From Octopus sinensis (taxonomy: Eukaryota): a DNA stretch of 60,263 nucleotides. The position numbers were made by a program, and so were the translations under genes. This document shows positions 25,465-35,677 of this stretch, piece after piece (the stretch's first letter is position 1; each line of letters starts with the position of its first letter). The stretch covers positions 1-60,263 of the forward strand of contig NW_021833938.1 in NCBI RefSeq assembly GCF_006345805.1, in the 5' to 3' direction. The notes under the pieces were generated by a model. It was not told where the DNA came from, searched no databases, and saw only the letters and a list, made by a program, of their open reading frames with translations.

Positions 25465-25506
25465 CCACTACAATCGTTTCATGTCTTCAATGACATCGTC
25501 AGGTGG
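25465..25506 (-). ncRNA. Minimal type-I hammerhead ribozyme motif (mirror copy, sense to the BCL11 pre-mRNA)
   Basis: Reverse complement reads CCAC-CUGACGA-UGUC-auugaa-GACA-U-GAAA-C-GAUU-G-UA^GUGG. Confidence 0.7.
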
Positions 25507-25557
25507 ATTTTCGATTTTCAAATCAGTTTCAATTTATTGATTTGAAAAATCGAAAAT

Positions 25558-25601
25558 CCACCTGACGAATGTCATTTGAAGACATGAAACGATTGTAGTG
25601 G
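25558..25601 (+). ncRNA. Minimal type-I hammerhead ribozyme motif
   Basis: CCAC-CUGACGA-AUGUC-auuugaa-GACAU-GAAA-C-GAUU-G-UA^GUGG: complete core, 5-bp helix II, 4-bp helix I, minimal helix III; predicted cleavage after 25597. Confidence 0.8.
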
Positions 25602-25784
25602 CGGTTTATTTACATTATATTAAAATTTTATGTATTGATTAAGTCTTTCCTTGTTTGTTTTGCAAAATAGTGGTTTTGTCTCGAATTAATATTATATATA
25701 TATATATATAATCTTGAAGAGACCTATTGAGTCAAGTATGTCAACACCAACATCAAAATAAAAATCAAATGGAAATTGTAGTTA

Positions 25785-26066
25785 AGATACCTGTGCCAGT
25801 GACACGTAAAAAAGCACCGTCCGAATGTGGCAGATGCCAGTGCTACCTGACTGGTGTCCGTTTTCCAGCCTCCTCTGGCTCCTGTGCCGGTGGCACGTAA
25901 AAAACACCCACTACACTCATGGAGTGGTTAGCGTAAGGAAGGGCATCCAGCTGTAGAAACACTGCGAGAACAGACTGGAGCCTGGTGCAGCCTCTTGGCT
26001 TCCCAGACCCCAGTCGAACCGTCCAACCCATGCTAGCATGGAAAACGGACGTTAAATGATGATGAT
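25785..26066 (+). mobile_element. Family C retroposon
   Basis: Same motifs, (GAT)n tail. Confidence 0.75.
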
Positions 26067-26079
26067 AAATATGTATGTA

Positions 26080-26750
26080 TATATATATTTGAAAAAAGAA
26101 AAAGAATGGCTTTGCTGGTAGTTCTAATCAGTTTAATTTATTACATTTTAACTGTTTGATAATATAAATTTTACTTTAATTTGTAGATCTAGTAAGTTCT
26201 TTGTTAACTTGGGTGGGGAGATTTTAAAAAATGTTCTTTAACTTTTCTTGAGAACTTTTGTTGTATGTATGTGTGTATGTATGTATATGTGTTAGAAAAA
26301 ATAAGGTACTCAGAGATCTGGATGGTTGTACATTTACAGATTTTTATTAATATGTCACAAGTTTTTATAAATCATATATTAGCGCTTGCATCTACTCTAG
26401 TAGATTCTTCAGATTTGCTATTTTTGAGGGTATTCCTCTCTTTTTATAGTATTGAGTGTGTAGGGGTGGAGAGAGATATATAGGATAGTAAAAGAGGGTG
26501 AGGAATGGGGAGAAAGTGAGTGAGTGTGTGTGTGCCTGTGTATCTGAAAAGAATGCCAATGGAAAAGAGAAAGAAGAAGAAAATTGTTTACATCTATACA
26601 GCTGGTCAGTCCTTTCAATAGAAAGTGATGAATTGATTATTGACCTTTAAAAATGGCAAAACCAGGTGGCTACTCTAAGGAGGGTCTTGTTTTGATAAAA
26701 GTTATTTTTCAAAAATTTGTTTGGATCTATTATCATTGTCATCATACAAT

Positions 26751-26760
<10 letters not shown>
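26080..26760 (-). mobile_element. Fragment of the same retroelement family
   Basis: Aligns by eye with 44120-44480 and with 42330-42720. Confidence 0.55.
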
Positions 26761-26796
<36 letters not shown>

Positions 26797-27089
26797 TGTG
26801 TGTGTGTGTGTGTGTGTGTGTTGTATGCATATGTATGTGTGTATATATATTATATAGAGAGAGAGAGAGATGTATATATACTTTTTGTTTATTATATGTA
26901 GGGAAATAAATATTGGAGCCAGCATGATTTCCCCCACCTCCCCTCCTGAACCAATATATAAAAAAAAACAACATTTCTATTCACAAACATTTTTATCAAA
27001 AGACATGTATCTTACACTTCATTAGCACCACACTAGACACACACCTAAAACAGATAATTACTAACAGAAAGAATTTGGAAAAAAAAATA

Positions 27090-27520
27090 TTTGGCCATTA
27101 TATTTCTCAGCAAAGGTCAACTGTTCAAATGGTTCATAGAACACTCCTTTAACACCAGACCACCTCCCAACTCCACCCCCAGTCAAGTATCTCCTTTTGA
27201 CCATTCCTCATTTTCTCTCAGCTCTTTCATCAACACTTTCACTCCCATACTGATTAACCAACTCCAACCCCTACCCCAAACACACCCAAACCCCATATAT
27301 GGAATCACAAAGCCCCAAGTCTTCAGATCTATTTGACAAGGAATGCTACAAAGTTCTCCAGAAAAGTTAACAAGGCATTTAAAAAAAATAAAAAATCTCC
27401 CCACCCAAGTTAACAAAGAAGTTACTAGATCTATGAACCAAAGTGTAAAATTTATATTATAAAAAAATGAAAAAAAATTATAAATTAAACTGTTAGAACC
27501 ACCATTCTTTTCCATTTTTC
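27090..27520 (+). mobile_element. Fragment of the same family, opposite orientation
   Basis: aaaatctccccacccaagttaacaaagaa.ttactagatct at ~27390 is the reverse complement of ~26185-26225. Confidence 0.5.
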
Positions 27521-27624
27521 AAATGTACCTAACTGTGCCAAGGATTTCACACATTTTCCAATATATATATATATATATATATTATAATAATATATAATTA
27601 TATGTATATATACATGCGTATATG

Positions 27625-28140
27625 GGTATAGGGCTTCTTTCAGTTTCTGTCTTGCAAATCCACTCACAAGGCCCTGGTTGTCCCAATGCTACAGCAGAAG
27701 ACACTTGCCCAAGGTGTCATGAAGTGGGATTGAACCTGGAACCATGTGGTTTTCATCAAGTAAACTTCTTTAGGCATAAGTTTAGTTGAAGAACTGTGGT
27801 TCTTGCCATCAGATATTCTCCAAGTTTAGTTGACCTGAACTGAGCAGTAGGTTCTAAATCAAAATAAAATTACAGGCAGAGGAATAGCTGTGTGGTAAGA
27901 AGCTTGCTTCCCAACCACATAATTCTGGGTTCAGACCCACTGCGTGGCACTTTGGGCAAGTAAGTTCTATAGCCTCGGGCCGACCTGATCAAAGCCTTGT
28001 GAGTGGAATTGGTAGACGGAAACTGAAAGAAACCCGTTGTATGTATACATATATAAAGTTCTGGGGTTGATTTGTTTGGCTAAAGGTGGAGCTCCAGCAT
28101 GGCCACAGTCAAATAACTGAAACAAGTAAAAGAATAAACT
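27625..28140. mobile_element. Two SINE family A pieces in opposite orientation (27625-27770 minus; 27875-28140 plus)
   Basis: Head and body motifs on both strands. Confidence 0.75.
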
Positions 28141-28248
28141 TAGATGGGTTTCTTGGCTAAATGTTTTACCAATTCTATTCAAGAACTAGATGTGTATAAG
28201 AGATATACTTCACAGTTGGGAGAACAAAGTGTGTCAGTTGATGGAGGG

Positions 28249-28286
<38 letters not shown>

Positions 28287-28876
28287 AAGAAGAGAGAGAG
28301 AAAGAGAGAGAGAGATAGAGGAAAATGGGGTAGGAAGAAAAGAAAACATCTGTGTGTGTGTGTGTGGCCAGAAGATTAATGCTAAATAAGCATTTACCAA
28401 AATAGTTCTAGAGATTTCCATGGAGAATGTATACAGGTGAATCTTAGGTCTAAGAACTTAAAAGAACTGGAATATTCCCAGAGATGATAGAAAGGAATGA
28501 TAAATTATCTGTCCAAATAGATAAGGCCAAACTTTAGTTGGAGAGAGAGAGAGGGGGGAGGGGTTACCTTTTCGTACAGGGGAAAGAATTTTGGTGAGTG
28601 TCAAAGATATAAATAATGACTCGCAGCTGATAATTTTCAGGATCAATCTTTCAGGTACAAACAACAAATATTAGTTCCACCATTCCATTATGGCATGGGA
28701 TGGATGGTTCTAGGATCCAACATGCCAAAAGACTGCATTGCGACCCAGTGTTTGTGTGGCATGGTTTCTACAGATGGATGCCCTTGCTAACACCAACAAT
28801 GTAACTATGCTAATTACAGTATCACCTGTGAGGTACACAAGTGTTACTTTTATTTGGAATATATTATTGGTTAGTA

Positions 28877-29267
28877 AGGCGGCGAGCTGGCAAACACGTT
28901 AGCGCACCGGGCGAAATGCTTTGTCTGTCGTTACGTTCTGAGTTCAAATTCCACCGAGATCGACTTTGCCTTTAATCCTTTCGGGGTCGATAAATTAAGT
29001 ACCAGTTTCGCACTGGGGTCGATATAATCGACTTAATCCCTTTGTCTGTCCTTGTTTGTCCCCTCTATGTTTAGCCCCTTGTGGGTAGTAAAGAAATAGG
29101 TATTTCGTCTGCCATTCTGTTCTGAGTTCAAATTCCTCCGAGGTCGACTTTGCTTTCATCCTTTCGGGGTACCAGCTATGCACCGGGGTCGATATAATCG
29201 ACTTCATCCCTTTGTCTGTCCTTATTTGTCCCCTCTATGTTTAGCCCCTTGTGGGTAGTAAAGAAAT
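28877..29267 (+). mobile_element. SINE family B with internal duplication, flanked by an 18-bp target-site duplication
   Basis: atatattattggttagta at 28859-28876 and 29268-29285. Confidence 0.9.
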
Positions 29268-31914
29268 ATATATTATTGGTTAGTAGGAAATGACAGCTGA
29301 CACCTGTCATTTGTAGACATCAATAAATTCTTGATATTTTTCTCAGAAAAACCTAACTGGAGTTAAATGAAAGCCAACTAAATATTACAGGTAAGAATAT
29401 AAGATTCAATAGTCACCAACGGAACAATTGTCAAAGTAACAAAACTGGTGGACATTAGTACATAGATTAACCTTCAAAATATACTGAAGAATTCACATAA
29501 TGGCTGTTAAAAGCACAGGTGCATAAAGACGGGGGGGAAGAGGTGGTGTTAAGAGTCAAATTAATTATTTGATAATATTTAAGGCACTTTGAAAGTTGGC
29601 TTGATTAATTCATTTGTTACTACATTCCTGTTGAAATACACTATCATTATTATCATCCTCATCATTTATCATCAGGTAAAATATTTGGGCTGGATATGGC
29701 TGTTTTAAATGTTAAATGGTTAAGCAAATATACCTTCATTCCTCATTTACAGTCGTGCTTCTAAATTAATTAACATCTCTGTTAATTTTGTAGAATGTCC
29801 ACAATCTGATTTTATCAAAATCAGTATCCTTCCATTTGACATAAACATGTTTGTTTTAAAACACGCTTGCTTTGAAGGTCAGCCTCAATTCTCCTATCAG
29901 CTGCAGCACTGAAGGCCTGCATCGGCAGCTCAGAAGATGGCATCCCTTTCCTATACATATTTATCAGCATCACTGATAAATGTAGTCGCTGACCAGTTAG
30001 TCCGATAAGAGCTTGTCAAATCAGAACGTTTTACACAGATATGAATGTTATCTGTCAATTTTCAGATGTCACAAAAATGTTGCTGGAACTGAATCTGTTC
30101 AGAACGGCGGAAAAGGGGTGGGGTGGGGGTGGTGCGTTTAGATTTTGTCCGTTGCCATGATAAAAGATGAGTAGCCTGTCGTCACGAAGAAGGAAAAATA
30201 TATACCAAAAAAAAAAAAAAAAAAGAACTTGTAAGATCAATGCCGAAGCAAGCAGTTTTGACATCGATTACAGAGTTATCGTGATGACAGGCAGGTCAAT
30301 GGACCTCTGCAATTGTTGCTGTGACTATCTAATTAACTGTTTACGAAGAATCAAGTCACGATACTTATTTCGTTACGTGGTGGAGAGATTATCAGTAAAT
30401 GCCTCACCGCCACCGTCGGTCGGTCGGTCGTGGTGCTTTTTATCAAATGGACACGCTGGAAAATCTTCTTGAGTGGCAGAGAATTAGAAGCAGCTTTCTC
30501 TAACAAGTAGCCATCAGACATGGTAAACAGAATGACAGAACAAGACAGCAAAGATGAGGCTGGAAGGTTGAAATGTGAGGTTAATGATACGTGAAAGCAA
30601 TGGCCGCAGCAGCAGCGGTGGAAGTGGTGGAGGTGGTGTTGGCAGAAAACAGGGCAGGAGTGAGCCACTGGGATGAAAAGATGACCTAAACGGTGATTTA
30701 GTTATTTTGCACTTTATCATAGCTTTATCCATTTTCTCCCCGCTGTTAACTTATGGAATCACAGTAACTATATGACATAATGATATTACTTTCATAATTC
30801 CTCATTTGGCTTTATCGCAATTTTATATCTTTTTATCTACTTTTTATTATTTATTTGTACTGTTTTTTTTTCTTTTACTTCTTTCTCTCTCTCTCTCTCT
30901 CTCTCTCTCAAAAGACTCGGTGCTTTTGTAATGTGGAAATATCTGCAGACATTTTATTGATAGAATGACCCCTAAACTAATCCTGGCATGGAAGGAGCTA
31001 ATTGAACAATCGTCAATAACTGACCCATCACATATTAGGACATAATCTGATCTGGGATTACACAAAGTGAGAGAAAGTGTACATGTGTGTGTGTGTGTGT
31101 GTGTGTGTTACTCAATATATGCAATGGTGTCTTATACAGAATGTAATAGAGCAATGAGTGAAGATATACTTTATGGTGTTTGGTGAGAAAGTGTATACAT
31201 GTAATATGTAGTGTGTAGTGAGTGTATGTTGTGTGGTATATATTCAGGATGTGTATGCATATATTATGCACAATTTATAGTGAAAATGTGCATGTATACA
31301 TATATATATACACATCACTCCTAACACACACATATATATATGTGTGTGTGTGTGTGTGGTGTGTAGTGAAGATTTGTATGTATATATATTAAGTGTGGTT
31401 TGTAGAGAGGCAGTGGGTATATACTGTGTGTGTATGTGTGTGTATAGTGATGACGTGTATATATGTGTGGCATACAGTGATGACGTGTGTATAGGATTCC
31501 TGCAGTTTATAGTGAGGATTCGTGTATATATGTTTTATGTATAGCTTGTAGTCAAGATGTGTGTATGTACATGTGGTTTGTATACACGTGTGTGTGTGTA
31601 AAGAGGTCTCAAATCCAGTATAACTGTACTGTATGTTAGATAATTACCTTCTAACATAAATGCATTGCGAGTGGAATCGGTAAATGGAAACTGTAAGGAA
31701 GACCCATTCGGTGGGTGGATGTGTGTGTGTGCATGTACACACAACATCATTTCCACAGTCCTGCATGAAGATTGCCTGAGCTGAAACATAATGCTGGCTT
31801 GTTTAGATTGCTGGTGAACATCGCATCCTCAAGTTCTCCAGTTTCAATGTTCAGAGGATTTAAAGAAAAAAATCCCTTATTTGAAAACCAGTTAAGGTTT
31901 GGCAACAGGAAGAG

Positions 31915-32200
31915 CATCATCATCATCATTATCATCATCATCATCATTGTTTAACATCTGCTTTCCATGCTAGTATGGGTTAGACCATTTTGACTGAGGG
32001 CTGGCGAACCAGATGGCTGCACCAGGCTCCAATCTTGATCTGGCAGAGTTTCTACAGCTGGATGCCCTTCCTAACGCCAACCACTCCGAGAATGTAGTGG
32101 GTGCTTTTTACGTGCCAACGGCATGGGGAGCCAGTCAGGCGGTACTGGCAATGACCTCGCTCGAATCTTTTTACACATGCCACTGGCACAGGTGCCAGTA
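31915..32200 (-). mobile_element. Family C retroposon
   Basis: (CAT)n then ctttccatgctagtatggg...ctacagctggatgcccttcctaacgcc. Confidence 0.75.
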
Positions 32201-32331
32201 AGGCCACCCAGTTATAAAATACTGCCTCAAATAAGTATCTATCTCAACAGCACAGAGAAGCAAATATGAAATGAAGAAATTAAAGTGCTCATATGTATGG
32301 GTGTGTGTATGTATGTATGTATCTATAAAGT

Positions 32332-32650
32332 GAGGGCGCGTGGCTTAGTGGTTAGGGCATTCGGCTCATGATCGTAAGGTTGTGAGTTCGATTCCCGGCG
32401 ACGCGTTGTGTCCTTGAGCAAGACACTTTATTTCACGTTGCTCCAGTCCACTCAGCTGGCAAAAATGAGTTGTACTTGTATTTCAAAGGGTCAGCCTTGT
32501 CACTCTCTGTGTCACGCTGATTATCCCCGAGAACTACGTTAAGGGTACACGTGTCTGTGGAATGCTCAGCCATTTGCACGTTAATTTCACGAGCAAGCTG
32601 TTCCGTTGATCGTATCAGCTGGGACCCTCGTCGTCGTAACCGGCGGAGTC
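32332..32650 (+). mobile_element. tRNA-derived SINE family F1 (Meta/V-like body gtgtccttgagcaagacactt)
   Basis: A box tggcttagtgg, B box gagttcgattccc, tail gggtacacgtgtctgtgg...gtcgtaacc. Confidence 0.85.
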
Positions 32651-33719
32651 TTTTTTAGATGTATCTATAAATCAATCTATCTGACACACATATCCACACA
32701 CATTTTGAACTCAAAGTAGAAAGCTGTAACCAAAATTACTGATGGGTATATTTTAAGAGACTGACTATTGCAACCACCAACACCACCACCATCAACACCA
32801 CCAAAACTAGCACCATCACAACCACCGACATAACCATTGTTATTTCTGATTCTTCCGAGGAATTTACAGGCCATTTCAAGTCCTTGAAACATGGGGAAAC
32901 AGACTAAATCCATAAACACGCACAAAATAAAAAAAAAAAATAAAAGAGAGTTGTATTCGTTTTATCATCATCATCATCATCATCATTATTATTATTATTA
33001 TTGTCATCGTCAGTATTATAAACCTATAGAACAACAAAAGACCATTACAGCATATCCTACTTGTTCAATATAAAGATACCAAACTATAATATATAAATAA
33101 ATAGTTAACGAAAAAAAAGAAACACAACAACAACAACAACAAAAAAACAGTAGTTACATCGTAGCGAAATATGCTTTAGCTCTTGATAAAAACAAAAAAA
33201 ATAAAAACAAAAGAAAAACAAATAAAAAAATACCAAAAAAAAAAACAAAAGAAAAAAAAAAAGAAAATTTCTGTCAAATGCAACTTATGTTTTTTTTTTC
33301 TATTGCCCAAACAGACTCTCCTAATAAAACACATATCGACAAGAGGGAATGGGCAATAAAAATTATGAAAGCCATTAGAATTATATCCAATCTTGGCTTA
33401 ACTATATGTAGAATAACATTCTATTCCTTTCCTTGCACCACAACCACAGGCACCACCGCCAACATCACTGCCAAACACCAACACTGCTGCTACTGCTACG
33501 ACTACTACTAAACCAATACCTATCAGAGAAGACAAGCCGTTGTCATTAGAGAGCAATTTCCAACTCGTTTAAAGAACCGAAGAGATGAAAGCCGAGTTTG
33601 AAGAATTATACCGACAACGGCAATGATGACAATGATTCCGGGCATTCATAGAAACCGAATTGCCTGTCTCATATACATATATAGATATGTGTATACATAC
33701 CTTTCCTTACATATAAATA

Positions 33720-33768
<49 letters not shown>

Positions 33769-34838
33769 ATATATATATGTATATATATGTGGATGTGCTT
33801 ATACATGTATTATAATATTATATAAGATTTAAAGACGTTGTGGAGAAGGAAGGAGCGGAACCGTTGCAAGAGGATTAATACCAGGAGGAACAATGAAAAT
33901 CAGTTATGACACAAATAGATAAGAAAAAATAACAAGAAACTGCAGTTGTCAACAGACATGATCCTGATAAACCCAAAGACATGGAAACAATATTCATGCT
34001 CTAATGGAAGAAGTCTTGCTAAGACTATCAAGACAAGGAAGGAATCCGATTCCATTTTTATCATTTGTGGCTTTTAGTTTTTCCCTTCTTTCTTTCTTTC
34101 TTTCTTAGACCAGCTTTTGCGAATCTCATAGAGAAAGTTTAAAGTAAATTCAGCAATAGATAAAAAAAAAATTTTTTAAAGGAAGAAGAATTAAGATGTA
34201 GAAAACCCCACCAAAAAAAATCCAAGAACAATGATCCACTTCATAATGACAATGATGGCGATGATGACAACGATTCCTGGCATTCTTGCAGAACTGAAAT
34301 CCGTAATATAATATAATACAATATAATATAATATAATATAATATAATATAATACAAATAAATCCATGATATAGAAGAAATACATCATGAATCTATTGACT
34401 ATCAGAGCTGTCGGATATATGACATGGAGCAAGGCGGCAATGAAAGATTCAAAATTTTATTATGTATAAATGTGTGTATATATATATATGAATGAGAAAA
34501 TGAAGAAAATGGATAAAATATGTAGGTGTATGTATATATATATATATGTGTGTGTGTAATATACACACATATATATATATATAAATAAACGAAGTGACAA
34601 GACTATTATGCTTGGCAACGAATGCCAGTTTCTTTTCTATTTCTTCGCAATCAATATCTTCAAAGCTTAATACCGTATCAATATGACTAGTAGATGGAGC
34701 ATAACTAATCTCAGTACCAGTAATACCTAAAATAACGGTCACAGCATAGCAGATGTCATCACGACCCAGCTGACAACACAGCAAGTACAGTGATGACATC
34801 AGCCAAGATAAACCAGCCTGTCACTAGATGTAATACCT

Positions 34839-35071
34839 ATTTCTTTACTACCCACAAGGGGCTAAACACAGAGGGGACAAACAAGGACAGACATAGGTAT
34901 TAAGTCGATTACATCGACCCCAGTGCGTAACTGGTACTTAATTTATCGATCCCGAAAGGATGAAAGGCAAAGTTGACCTCAGCGAGATTTGAACTCAGAA
35001 CGTAGCGGCAGACGAAATACCGCTAAGCATTTCGCCAGGTGTGCTAATGTTTCTGCCAGCTCGCCGCCTTA
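34839..35071 (-). mobile_element. SINE family B with 20-bp target-site duplication (one mismatch)
   Basis: tgtcact(a/g)gatgtaatacct at 34819-34838 and 35072-35091. Confidence 0.9.
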
Positions 35072-35201
35072 TGTCACTGGATGTAATACCTGTCAGAGAA
35101 CAGTAATGGTAACAAGGAATTTCAGGTAGACTGGTACCAAGGAAGGGAGCAGTCTAAGAAATTAGGGTCCTTGTGTTTCTGTGCAAGAGGGTGTGCCAGT
35201 A

Positions 35202-35677
35202 TTAACCCTTTTGAGACCAACCTGCCTGAAACTGCCTCGGGCTCTATTATACAAATGTCTTGTTTTTCAAACGTTTTGAATTAAAATCTTCCACCAAACC
35301 TTAGTCACAATTTATATTCCTAACACTGGCTTAATGATAACTAAGTTATTTTACTAAATTCTTTGTTATATTTTAAAATTAATTGAAAGAAACACAGAGC
35401 ATCTCAACAGAAATGTGGCAACAAAAGGGTTAAAATATATAATAGAGAAACAATTTTAAACCCTTTTGACATCAACCCGGCTGAGACTGGCTCTGTAAGT
35501 ACAAATGTCTTGTTTGCAAAAATTCTGAATTAAAATCTTCCACCAAACCTTAGTCCTAATTTATGTTCCTAACACTAGATTAATGAGAAATTATTTGAGT
35601 AAATCCTCTATTATATTCAAAATTAATCGAAAGAAACACAGAGCATCTCAACAGAAATATGGTAACAGAAGGGTTAA
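35202..35677 (+). mobile_element. Two adjacent piggyBac-type MITEs (35202-35433 and ~35457-35677)
   Basis: ttaacccttttgagacc...aaaagggttaa, then ttaaacccttttgac...gaagggttaa. Confidence 0.85.

Larger units (their letters stand above)
25368..25698. mobile_element. Penelope-like retroelement remnant: ~160-bp inverted repeat with ~12-nt loop
   Basis: Left arm tataatattaattcgagac...gattttcaaatca is the near-perfect reverse complement of right arm tgatttgaaaaatc...gtctcgaattaatattata. Each arm holds a hammerhead core; inverted termini with minimal hammerheads are typical of Penelope-like elements. Confidence 0.8.

Noticed and set aside
30167-30200. MSSLSSRRRK as the BCL11 MSRRKQ N-terminus
   Set aside because: On the plus strand, opposite to the gene, and does not match the motif.
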